Shown here piece after piece: positions 38,238 to 49,779 of a stretch of DNA of 64,000 nucleotides. Every line of letters begins with the position of its first letter. Positions within the stretch are counted from its first letter, which is position 1. Source of the DNA: Octopus sinensis. Taxonomy: Eukaryota. The notes beneath the pieces are model-generated. The model was not told the DNA's origin. It searched no databases and was given only the letters and a program-made list of their open reading frames with translations. The translations under genes and the position numbers were made by a program. The stretch covers positions 4,588,001 through 4,652,000 of the forward strand of contig NC_043008.1 of assembly GCF_006345805.1 (NCBI RefSeq). Reading direction: 5' to 3'.

Positions 38238-39695
38238 TGAGACTTGGCTGAAAAGTTCATACATTGACCAAGATACTCTCATGGAATCGGCAGAAGGTAA
38301 TGGCGAACTTCTGCTGACTCTTTCGCCACAACTTTCTCTCACTCTTTCCTCCTGCATCTTGCAGCTCACCTGCGACGGACTGGTGTCCTATCCAGGTGGG
38401 GAACCTATATGCCAAGGAAACCGGCCCTTATGAGCCAGGCATGGCTCGAGAAGGAACAAACAACAAACTCTCATGGAATGTGATCAAATGGTGTTTATTT
38501 TTCAACCTAGTACACCTTGCGGTCCACACACTTCTTCCATCGGGGTTGCAGTGCTTGGATCCCTTTGCTAAAGAAGCTTTCATCCTGTTAGTTAAATGTG
38601 TCATCAACCACACACATCACCATCACTTCCCAGCCAAATGTTTTTTTTTTATGTTGGTGAACAGTTGATAGTCAGATGGGGGCCAAATCAGGAAAACAGG
38701 GAGTCTGATTAACCAGTTTGAAACCACAATCATGTACAGCATCCATTGAAACGATGGACTTCTGTGCCGGAGCATTGTCCTTATGAAACAAGATCCCTTT
38801 TGTCAGTTTATCTGGGTGTGCAATCTTTATAGTCTTTCGTAATTTCCTCAGCAAGTTGGCATAATATTTTCCATTGATGGTGTGGCCCTTTCAAAGACAG
38901 TAAATAAAGAGAATGCCTTTTGCATCCCAAAAATCTGAGGCCATCACCTGTACAGATGAAGGAACTTGGTCTTCTTTGGAGCAGGTGAGGAGGGGTATTT
39001 TCACTGCATGGATTGTCTCTTTGCCTCTGGCTCAAAGTGAACTTAACACTCATTCCATGTTGGGAAATTAACTGGATCTGCATCAAACAATGTCAGATTT
39101 CCCCCATGATGGGATCAGCCTGGTATACCTTTGATCAGGTGTCAGAAGACATGGCACTCACTGAACAGAAAACTTCATGATGCCAAGATCATTGTGCAAA
39201 AGATTCTCACTGGATATGCTAATAGCATTGGCTATTTGATTTATCATCAATCACTTGTCATCCATAAGTGATGGCAGTTGCAGGTCATCCAGATCTTGGG
39301 TCATCTTCAAGGCTCTCCCTTTCCCTCCTAAACTCAGCTGCCCATCTTTGCACTGTTGATAAAGCTGGAGCATCATCTCCTAATGCAGCAACCATGTCAA
39401 ATGAATGTGCTTGGGGGCGAAACTCCTTTTCCTGCAGGTACTTGGTAACACCACAATACCAAATTTTGACCATTTCAAAAGTCACTGCAAGTCATTTTAA
39501 GTTTATGGGACCAAATCACACACACACACACACTCTCTCTTTATCTCTCTCTCTCTCTAATAAGTTGCTGCTCAGTTTCTGCCATCTAATGGCTTTCACT
39601 CAACGCAGCCTCGGTTGACCCATGGCTGTGTACCACATATTGGAATCAAATCATTAGTCGAGGGTGCTAGGTGAACTTCATAACCACCTGGCCGT
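38238..39695 (-). mobile_element. Decayed mariner (DD34D) transposon; transposase pseudogene ~38495-39473
   Basis: Minus-strand MVKIWYCGVTKYL..WAAEFRRERESLEDDPRSG (HTH), VMASDFWDAKGIL, FHKDNAPA, PDLAP(S)DY and terminal VEK*; left end TA|TGAGACTTGGCTGAAAAGTTCA; degenerate right TIR near 39665-39695; many stops and frameshifts. Confidence 0.92.
38288..38466 (+). mobile_element. 5'-truncated SINE nested in the mariner, (AAC)-type tail, 13-bp TSD
   Basis: ACTCTCATGGAAT at 38275-38287 and 38467-38479; core CCTGCGACGGACTGGTGTCCTATCCAGGTGGGG related to 3397-3430; ends AGGAACAAACAACAA. Confidence 0.9.
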
Positions 39696-39964
39696 GCTTG
39701 CAACATTCTATTTGATGCCAAACAACAAATTTAACAACATGTTGTTACAAGTCATGCAATATTTCTCAGATCATTGTTCTAATCTCATTATTTTTGTTTC
39801 TTTTGAAGTTTAATTAATATTTCAAAATAATTAACACTGTTTAATAGTAATTTATTATTTAACTATTCATTGCTAGACTTTCCAGGATAAAACTAGAACT
39901 TTCGTCTTTAGGAAACTGCATCTCTCTTTCCCACTCTAGTTTTTTTGTTTTTTCGCTATGTTTT

Positions 39965-40175
39965 TTCTCTCCCCACTCTCTCTCTCTCTCACACACACAT
40001 ACACTCTCTCTCTCTCTCACACACACACTCTCTCTCTCTCTCACACACTCTCTCTCTCTCTCAAACGTTCTCTCTTTCTCTCATATAAGTTTTCTCTTTT
40101 AGCTTTATTTCTCTTTTTCTCACAGACACAGAGAAATAGATAATATTTGAGTACACAAATACACACACTCTCTCA

Positions 40176-40211
<36 letters not shown>

Positions 40212-40350
40212 TATCCTGTCTCTTTTTCTGACTTCCTCCTCCTCTTTCTCCATCTCAAACACACACACAGACACATGCCCTTTCTCACTTCCTCTCTCTC
40301 CTTCACACACACACACACCTTCTTTTTCACTTCCTCTCTCACACACACAT
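39965..40350. repeat. Patchwork (CT)n/(CA)n low-complexity tract
   Basis: Direct reading; source of the RE/SL/HT ORFs here. Confidence 0.9.
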
Positions 40351-41189
40351 TCACACTATTTATTTTGGCAAACATTTGGTAAAATACGTGAAGGATTTAT
40401 CTAAAATAAAAATTTAAAGCAACTTCATAAATCAGCAAACAATGTAATTTTATTTCCTCGTGATTTATGATTTTCATAAAATGATTTATAATTTCTGATG
40501 AACTGTAAGGTGTAAATACACATTTGTTTCCAAACTTCTCTAGTAAAAAAACAATTTAATAAGAATATTCTAGTAAATACATAAAACCACCAAAGCTGGT
40601 TGACTAAAATAACTTGCTATCCACCGAATAAATCTAACATTGCTAGAGGTAGATTGAAAGTGAATTAAATATTTCTTGGTTCTATATTTATTTTTTTTTT
40701 TTTTATTCGTTTGCTTTTGTTTATTTAATTCTTGAAATATCAATCAATTCTGAAATTGTTGTTGCATTTTTTTGTGAAAAATATAATGAAAGAAATATTT
40801 CTAAAATTGTAAAACAATAATGTAAGGTGCTTTTTTTTAAAGAAATATGATACATCATCAGTGATCTCTGTCTGGTCATCATTTAGAAAGATTATACATC
40901 ACCATTGGTCATCCATACAGTCACGATTAATGATGACTAATGATTTGCCCAGTGACTTTGTTTAAAATGAAGATGATCTGTGCACTGTCGACTCATCTGT
41001 GACTATCTTCAATCCAATGACAAGACCGAGTCAAAACGAGTGGAGATGGAGATGTTTGGAGGGGATGGTCATCTTCCTCTCTGCATTCTTCAATTTGTTA
41101 CTGTAGCCACCTTCTCCTCTCTTGAACAATGATGTTTTCTTCCACAGACTCCGTCTTCCTATGCATTGCAAGGCAAGCCCTAACACGCT

Positions 41190-41350
41190 AATTAATCCAC
41201 ACCTGAGGCTCTAACAGGTGCTGCTACTCCAGGTCAGAATAGATATGGGCAAATAATAACAGCTAAGTGGTAATTCCATAGAACTCCTGAACCAGGGGCC
41301 CCCTACTACTAGATGCAGTTTAAAGTCACCCCCAAAACATACATCACCAA
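41190..41350 (+). mobile_element. Probable short retroposon fragment of another family
   Basis: CTCTAACAGGTGCTGCTACTCCAGGTCAGA..AGAACTCCTGAACCAGGG..AGATGCAGTTTA; recognised from memory only, single copy in the window. Confidence 0.35.
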
Positions 41351-41649
41351 TATACCAGTGTCATTTTGTATATAAAGGTTGCCTACTTACTGTAAGGAAA
41401 CAAAAAAATTAGGTACTATATACATTTTTTATGCTATTTAAAGAAAAAAATTACAAGATAATCATGTTGCAAAGTGTTGAGTCATTGTGTAAAAAGATGC
41501 TTGACTAATTATGCTCTTAAAATGTAGAATATTCTACAAAATAAATCTAGATCCCTTTCAGGAGACAGAATTCAAATTTTGGGATCTTATTTTATATTTA
41601 TATAGAAAAGTAGTGAGTATGTTTATTGTTGAATAGACATTTGCCAAAA

Positions 41650-42000
41650 AATATTTCAAGGTGATCATGTCATCATCTTTTTCTTCGTACAAGGGACTTC
41701 ATCCTCCAATGGTTGTGGGGTCTGATTTGAGAGAGATTTGGCTGTTATTTTTATTCAGTAGTGTGAACATATAGGGACTCATTTACCTGTGCTTTTTCCA
41801 TTTTATGCAATTACCTAACATCAGTCTCTGTATAACTGCTCAATCTGCTAGAAATAGCAACAAAATGTCTTTCAAGTTACATCCTACTGTTTCTGAACAG
41901 GACATATCGATAAAATAGTCCAAAGTCTGATTGGTCACAACAGGTTTGCATTTGATAATGCATGTGCTGGGGCTAAATAGCAACAACAATGTCAACAACA
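41650..42000. mobile_element. Head-to-head inverted pair of family E repeats
   Basis: Reverse copy (GATTTGAGAGAGATTTGGCTGTTATTT, ~41720-41750) about 50-90 bp from a forward copy (CTGCTAGAAATAGCAACAAAATGTCTTTCAAG, ~41845). Confidence 0.7.
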
Positions 42001-42029
42001 GTCATCAATTTTTCTTCACTCGCTATTCT

Positions 42030-42490
42030 TTGGAGCATTGTGATGGTAGAGGAGTCGTCAGGCACCTCCTTCATAAGGTTCTGTCAGAAGCAACTGTCAT
42101 TAGAGTTTTCTGACTGGGTTCCCAATATCCATTTGAGTCTATGGACATCTATCTTGTTCCTGGTCTACTCCAAGGTCACCTGCCAGTGTGCTTGGCTTGA
42201 AGGATCTGTCTTGTAATTCCTTCCTAAAACACCCTAATCGCATATCCATAGTACCAGAGTTGTGATCTCTCATGAAGAAGCTCAACCTGGGGAAACTCTT
42301 TGATCTCCAAGCTATGAGCAACAATTACTCCAGAGACCCTTTAGATGACCATTTCAGCCACTATGCTTTCCTATAAGCTCTTACTTCCTTCCTTCTTCCT
42401 ATCGGCAAATAATCCCTGCTAACTTCATCAGCAACTGCTGCTCTGTGCTGCTCGTCATTGCCATTTTCAAATGCAGTTTCCCCATTGCTT
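42030..42490 (-). mobile_element. Decayed RTE-clade LINE 3' coding fragment (different subfamily)
   Basis: Minus-strand ERSQLWYYGYAIRVF*EGITRQILQAKHTGR*PWSRPGTR* ...VASDRTL*RRCL matches the RTE LRWYGH..GRRPRGRP..W C-terminal signature. Confidence 0.75.
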
Positions 42491-42504
42491 CCTTTCGCTA
42501 TTCT

Positions 42505-42875
42505 TTATATGGTCTGGTCGTGTGCTTAAGAAACTCAGAGTTCAGCCCCACTGGACAGCACTTTGGGCAAGCATCTTCCACTATAGCCCTAGGCCAACCT
42601 ATGCCTTCTAGGTGAATTTGGTAGATGGAAACTATGTGGAAGCCCATCATGTGTATGTGTGTGTGTGTATTTGTCCACCACCACTTGACAACTAGTGTTG
42701 GTTTGTTTAAATCCCTGTAACCTAGTGGTTCGGCAGAAGAGACTGATAGAATAAGCACCAGGTTTAAAATTATGTACTGGGATCAATTTTTTTGACTGAA
42801 CCCTTCTGGGCGGTGTCCCACCATGACCACCCTGACCAAAGTCCAGTGATCGAAACAAGTAAAAAGACATAAAAT
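42505..42875 (+). mobile_element. Family A SINE (a reverse family C copy follows at ~42940-43130)
   Basis: GAGTTCAGCCCCACT..CCACTATAGCCC..TCCCTGTAACCTAGTGGTTCGGCAGAAGAGACTGATAGAATAAG..GAAACAAGTAAAAAGA. Confidence 0.82.
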
Positions 42876-43450
42876 ACAAGCAAGTTCCCCTGCCTGAACA
42901 CTCAGAACATAAAAGCACCAAAATAAATAAGAATTTGTCCAATGCTGTAGCAATTGCACTAACCTACCACCCTGGAATGGTACTTTATTTGATCAACCCA
43001 GAAGAATGAAAGGCAAATTTCATCTTGGCAGAATTTAAACTCATGGCATAAGGTGCAAGAATAGAAACTTCAAAACATTTTGATCCAACTCTCAAATAAT
43101 TAGCCTCCTTACTGCTCTCGGCAGCTTTTAACAATTAACTTCAACACTTAATGATTTGTAATTCTATTCTTTTAAACTTAAAATGTAAAACTGGTGTACC
43201 TGACTTTTACATTAACACTCCTCTTTAATTAGGTGACAATATGTAGGTACCATCACTAGCTTTCTGGGTTTCCATAGGACACAAACTAATAAAATTATGC
43301 CTGCATCCAAGAATTTTCCTAACGATGCTTCTTCTCTATGAATCTTAAAATCTTTGTTGTAGAAAATATTTATAGTCTTGATTCTCCATAACTTGCTATA
43401 AAATTATTACATTACTCCATGTTAATTAATTAGCATAAAAAAGTCATTAA

Positions 43451-43668
43451 CCCTTTCATTATTGTGTTTCTGTTGAGATGTTCTGTGTTTCTTCCAATTT
43501 TAAATATAACAAAGAGCTTAGTAAAATAACTTAGTTATCATTAGGCTAGTGTTAGCAACATAAGTTGTGACTAAGGTTTGGTGGAAGATTTTAATTCAGA
43601 ACTTATGAAAACAAGACATTTGTACTACAGAGCCAGAGGCAGTTTCAGTTGGGTCGGTATCGAAAGGG
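43451..43668. mobile_element. Intact-ended piggyBac-type MITE (218 bp)
   Basis: TTAA at 43447-43450 and 43669-43672; perfect terminal CCCTTTC / GAAAGGG inverted repeat. Confidence 0.88.
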
Positions 43669-43899
43669 TTAAGGCTAAGAAAAACATATCTCTAATATGA
43701 AATATAACTGCAAAACCAAAGTTTGATTGTAATCTTATTGATCATTTCATTTTAGTTTTTATTACTCTGTACTCTAATTAGAATGATTGTTCAATAAACT
43801 ATTTTTAAGAACAAATAAGCTAACTAATGATGAAATGATTGGATATCAAGGACTTGTCCGTAGTTTTCTTCTCTTCGTATTAGAACTTGAGAGAATGAC

Positions 43900-44460
43900 A
43901 TTAGGATGGCATTAGGAATTCAGGACTCGATATTCACAAGAATATTTGTATGCTAACACTAGTTTACTGAATGTCAGGGTGTTGAAAGTTTTTGATGCAT
44001 CAGATATATTGGAATAGCAACAGAAGCAATTATGGAGGGAAGACCATGAACTGCTCAAATGGCTAACTGGAAGAGCAGAGAAATTACTTCACTGCAATGG
44101 TGTAATTAGTACCTGGAATAGAGTTGGTAATAACATTGTGTCTAGGGCTTATGGGAAGTTCTAAAAGTTTAGGAAACTGCTATTTGTGTTTCCATTCAAA
44201 AGAACAGGTTATATAATGCATGCATTGCAAGTGCTTTGCAGGCTAGCAGTGAAACTGGCAGTGATTGCAAGGAAAGTACAGTTGTTGTCTACTTATTGGA
44301 TAAGAACAAATTCAGTCTGGATCATATGTTGTGAAATTTTTTACTTAGAGTGAGTTGAGAATGTAACTGGTTCAGCAAGTCATTGGGCTATGCATAATGT
44401 AGGAGAGAAGATTATATGATGGATGAAGAAGAGTCACCAGTTGTTGGGGGTGGTGGGTGG
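43900..44460 (+). mobile_element. Heavily decayed RTE-clade LINE fragment
   Basis: EYLYANTSL (cf. ELLYADDL), KFRKLL, RLYNACIASALQASSET (cf. RLYDACVRTAMLHGSET). Confidence 0.62.
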
Positions 44461-46049
44461 GCATATATAATAAAGAAAACTCAAGAAATAGTAGTGGTTG
44501 TCTAAAACTTTGGAGTGTCAGACCTCTCCCATGATATTATAAACAATTGAAACACTTGAAGAGATTTTTAATTTGCAAATCCATTTAAGCTATGATAACA
44601 TTAGAAGAAGAAAGCTATGGAAATGATGATGGTTGTGATTTACTGGAATATACAGAAAATGAAATTAGAATAAACAGTGTTTGCATGATTTTCTACTTTA
44701 CTTCAGAGAAGAAAAATATAAAATATTGCAATGTTGTAGAATCATGATAGCCATTTCTGTACACATATATGCACTATTATATTCAGTTTTATTTTCATTT
44801 GCATTAGAATTGTGTATTATTAAGTATCCAAGTTTTTTTTGTTGTTGTTGTTGTACATCTCTGAGGTGATCAGTGACAGTCTCTTCCACTGTAATGCAAA
44901 ATAAAACAAAAGTGAATCATGTGGTGTATATGTCTGTTTCAAATGGTTATTACAGATCGGAATGTTTATTATATTTATCTCATTTTAGTTTTTTTTATTT
45001 CTCTATATTCTTCCCAATGACGCATTTATTTCAGTTCCAACAGATGAGATCAGATCAAGCCATTTGCCAAACAAGTACAGCTCTGAAATAAAAATGTATA
45101 TTCTGGAGGAAATAGGATTTAATGAAATAATAAATAACAATTAGGTTTGATTAATCAATGTGACGCCAAATTGCTTGAAGTGTGTGTGTGTGTGGTGTGT
45201 GTGTGTGTGTGTGTGTGCATGTGTCTGTGTATCTGTAAAAGAGTTTGATTAGTGTTGCACCTTAATTGTTTCAGGTATACGTGATGATATATGTACTTTG
45301 TCTGTGACCCAGTTTTATCAGAAATTCTGATTTTTTTTTTCTTGTCAATCTTTTTATGGCCAAAAAATAAGAATGAAATGTTGACACTTGTAACTTTGCT
45401 ATTTTCACAGCACTCATAAAAACCTAACACACTAATACTGCGGACAATTTGCAGCTTCCGATACATGTTACTATGTCACTACAACTTCACTGTAATTTTT
45501 CTGTTAATTAAAAAACCATTAAACTTGGTAACTTTAAACAGACAATTTTTTGTATTTAAGCTGAAAGAAAATATCTTCATATTATAATCTAATTTTATTA
45601 TTTGTTACTTTTTTTGTGTGTATGTGTTATTTTGTGAAGTATAATTATTTTTAACAATAATTTATCTTTTGATGCGCAAGCTACTAATAGTGTTATCAAG
45701 AGCATATTTTCATTGTACTGTCAAAAAATAAAAGGTACACATAATGCAATTGTCATCACAAACAATTCTCTCATTCTTTTGTGCACGATTAAAACCACAG
45801 AAATTCAAAATGCAGGTAAGTTACTTTCTAATGCTGTTTGATATTTAATTTCTCTATCTAAATTCAATGAAATACATCTAATTTTATACATTTAAGGTTT
45901 AGTTAGTCAAAAAAAAATTCATCTCAGATTAATAAATTCCCAGCAAATTTTTGTAAGAGAATATCTTGTCTCTGTAAGCATTGTTAAAAATGATTCTATA
46001 TCCGTATATTTCTATGTTGATCTGGCCAGTATGATGGTTTGAAGTTGCT

Positions 46050-46260
46050 GTTCTTGTTGTGGCTGTTGCTGTTTAGTTTCATGTCAGCCCAAAGAGAAGA
46101 AGACCTATGATCAAACATATTTCAGTCATGATTTTCCCCTCTTCTCTTTATTTCTCGTTAATTTTATTCAAGGACTGCACTGTCTCTTGTATCCTTATTT
46201 ATCTATGATCACAGTGTAGCATGATTCGTGGGAATTTGGTTGCTATTTCTAGTAGGCTGT
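46050..46260 (-). mobile_element. Family E repeat, reverse orientation
   Basis: GTTGCTGTTTAG..AGACCTATGATCAAA..TTTGGTTGCTATTTCTAGTAGG. Confidence 0.75.
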
Positions 46261-46775
46261 TATTTTTATTGATGTTGGTCATGGAGAGCTTCAAATAATT
46301 TTAGTGTTGGATACTTTCCCTCATAACTACTCTATTAGCCTTAAAGTTGAATTGGAACTTGTTGTCCCTCCAGCAAGGCAAACAGAAATGTAAGCATTGT
46401 TAACCGGTTCCAGTCAGTGTTTGCAGTAAGTTTTCAAGTCCAAACCATATCTGCAGGATTTTCACTTTTCTACACTATTAGTTACCCTTTTAAAAAAATT
46501 GCATTCCTGTTAACTACAAAAATGTCTCAAACATTCATTCATGTAACCAGCAGTCCTGCAGTTTAATCTTCAGCTATTTGTTTCACATTAATTATCTTTT
46601 ATTCTTTTACTGGTTCACAGCCTGTATGGCTGTGGCCACACTTGAGCACCACCATCATCAATTATAAAATAGATTTCCTCTAAGCACAAAATCCTTTCTC
46701 TGTGTCAGTAAGTGGCTCATAAAAAATATATCTATACTTCAGAGAGTTTTAAGAAGCAGAAAATTACATAATATA

Positions 46776-46832
<57 letters not shown>

Positions 46833-47343
46833 TGTGTGTGTGTGTGTATTCTGTTTCAAGTAGAAATTGTAATTGAATAAGCTGTTTGCTACAATCGAAT
46901 AACAGCACACACACACACTCATAATTTATACCCGGACATGTATATGACTGAGTCAAGAAGCTGGACCTCATGAAGGAGAGGAGAAAGAACCTTAATGATG
47001 ATATCTGGTGCTGAAGAAAGCCCAGCCATTTGTGTAAGCCGGGTAAATTAGGTGATAAAATGGTGATAGTGGGATCACTGCCATTGTTGCCATCCTTGTT
47101 TTTACACATCTCTCTTCCCATGCTGAAAGGAATTGGGAGAGGAAACTCATTGATGCAGCATTCTATGACTAAACACCCTTACCATTTCCAACCATTACAT
47201 CTTTTCCATGTAAAGTATTTTTCTTCATTCTGTTTGTTTCACTTGTTAAAAGCTCTGAGCTGTGGAACATTTTTTATTGGAGACAAGATCCAACAACACT
47301 TCTTTGCCTGTACTGTCAATATGAAGACAAACGGAGACAAATA

Positions 47344-47414
<71 letters not shown>

Positions 47415-47426
47415 CAATTTTTACTT

Positions 47427-48382
47427 CCACCATAATTGACTGCTTGCCACTAAAGCTTTTTCATTCTCTCTCTGTTTATTTTGTCATGTTTCTTTCTATT
47501 GAAGAGCGTAGGCTCAAAACGTAAAAGACTTCCTCACCTTCCTGAGCATTGCTGAGGACATGCGTAAGCTCACAAGGAATGAAGTCAGTATGCTCCACTA
47601 GGTGTGTAATGTCAGTGTGCATACTCGACAGAGTGTAAGTACCTTGAGAGAAAAGTTGGACCTAAGAAGCATCAGATGTGTTGTGCAAGAGAGACGACTG
47701 CACTGGTATGGTGATACCCTAGCGGTTGAGGGAACTTGTGGAAGAGGTAGACCCAGGAAGACCTGGGATGAGGTGGTGAAGCACGACCTTTGAACATTGG
47801 GCCTCACCAAGGCAATGCCTAGTGACTGGTACCATTGGAAATATGCTGTGCGTGAGAAGACCAGGCAAGCCAAGTGGGACCATAACCCGTGGCCTATGCC
47901 AGGGGTGTAACCAACCCACTTCTGCATATCTTTCCTTCATTGGACACTAAACTCTGCTTGCGAAGACCTGTTGAGGCAAGTGAAATCAAAATTGAATCAA
48001 ATTCAATGACTGGTACCCGTGCCAGTGGAGCACTAAGCGCAATATCCGAGCGTGATCATTGCCAGAGCAGCTGACTGGCTTCCATGCTGGTGGAGCGTAA
48101 AGATGCCGGTGGCACGTGAAAAAACATTCAAGTGAAGTCTTTGCCAGTACCACCTGACTGGCCCTCATGCTGGTGGCATGTAAAAGCACCCACTACACTC
48201 TCGGAGTGGTTGGGCATCCAGCTGTAGAAACTCCGCCAGATCAGATTGAAGCCTGGTGCAGCCATCTGGTTAGCCAGACCTCAGTTAAATCGTCCAACCC
48301 ATACTAGCATGGAAAGTGGACGTTAAACGATGATGATGATGATGGTTGTCTTCGCCTTTTGTTTTTTGTAAATTCCAACTAA
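47427..48382 (+). mobile_element. Second copy of the hammerhead-bearing ~200-bp repeat, split by an RTE insertion
   Basis: 5' part 47427-47550 and 3' part 48347-48382 match 36185-36309 and 36342-36375; motif TCTTT CTATTGAA GAGC GTAG GCTC AAAAC GTA AAAGA at 47491-47528. Confidence 0.7.
47551..48343 (+). mobile_element. 5'-truncated RTE-clade LINE with complete 3' UTR and (GAT)n tail
   Basis: AEDMRKLTRNEVSMLH*VCNVSVHTRQ..QERRLHWYG/DTLAVEGTCGRGRPRKTWDEVVKHDL*TLGLT..W.YAVREKTRQAK; stops at 47599 and 47791; short internal deletion after WYG. Confidence 0.92.
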
Positions 48383-48875
48383 TATGTGTGTGTGTGTGTG
48401 TGTGTATTATTTATTCAAAGGACACAATATATTATGAGTTTGTTTGAAATATTTCTCAACATAAGAAACTGTTAGTAGCACTTAAAGACATGTTGGGTCC
48501 TTTAAGTACACAATATGTGCACCAGATGCAGCACTTTTTTGTTGAATTTTATATCAGAACAGTACATAACGTTTGTGTGTGTGTGTGTGTGTTTATATGC
48601 ATGTAGATGTGTGTGTATGTATGTATGTATTTATATGTGTGTGTGTATTTATTTGCATACACATACCTTATATATGTATTTATGTAAATTTTATTTGTGT
48701 GTTGAGAAAGCAACCAATGGTTTCATGTGAAAAGATCTTTAACATTGTTCAAGAGTGCCATATGGGAGTGTTGATATTCATCTCCATATGCATGTGTGTG
48801 TGTGTATATGCATGTACGTGTATGTATGTGCATATATGTATGCATACATATATGTATACACAGACACACACACAT

Positions 48876-48995
<120 letters not shown>

Positions 48996-49779
48996 ACACA
49001 CACACACCACACACACACACACACAACACGTACAGCAGAACTCTGTGGGGAGGTATTCAGCTAATAAAATCACATGCTCTGATTGTAATTTATTTCTTTA
49101 TCAATATTGATTTAATTAATTTTTGATTGGTTTGTCCAAGTCTCTCAGCACACAACTGTAGCATTCTCAAAGATCTCTTTTTATGTGTCTAGTATTTATA
49201 CATACATTTTATTGTGTGCATGCAAGTGTATATGTGCACAAACATGTGTTGAGTTGAAATTGAAGTACTTGTGTCCTTTTTGCATTTAGAGTACAGAACA
49301 TCTGTACTCTTCTTTTAGTTTTTACAAATAGATACACATTTGCTTTTGTTTTTTTATTGTCATCTCCCTTATGTAGGCAGTCGTTACAATACCTGGTTCG
49401 ACAAACTAATCATTAATTAATCAATTTATTACTAATAAGTGAACTACAGCCTGTGTGTGTGGTTTTATTGGCAGAATGAGGCTCTCAACACATAACAATA
49501 TCTGTTTCAACTTATGCTTTCCTATCAAGAATCTTATAAAACAAATGCCAAAAATGGCACACACACTCCACCCTAAACACACACTCCACAAACACATACA
49601 CACATGCATGCACACACACACATACACTGAGGCGCTACTGAAGACCCAGAAGTAGAAAACTACATGCATATAACCACCATCGTCACAAGATGTTGAAAGC
49701 AGAGAAATTAATGGAAGTTGTTCTAGATTCAACATACAATTTTCCTTTCACTTGATGAGAAAGTTCTTTAGCTTCCCCA

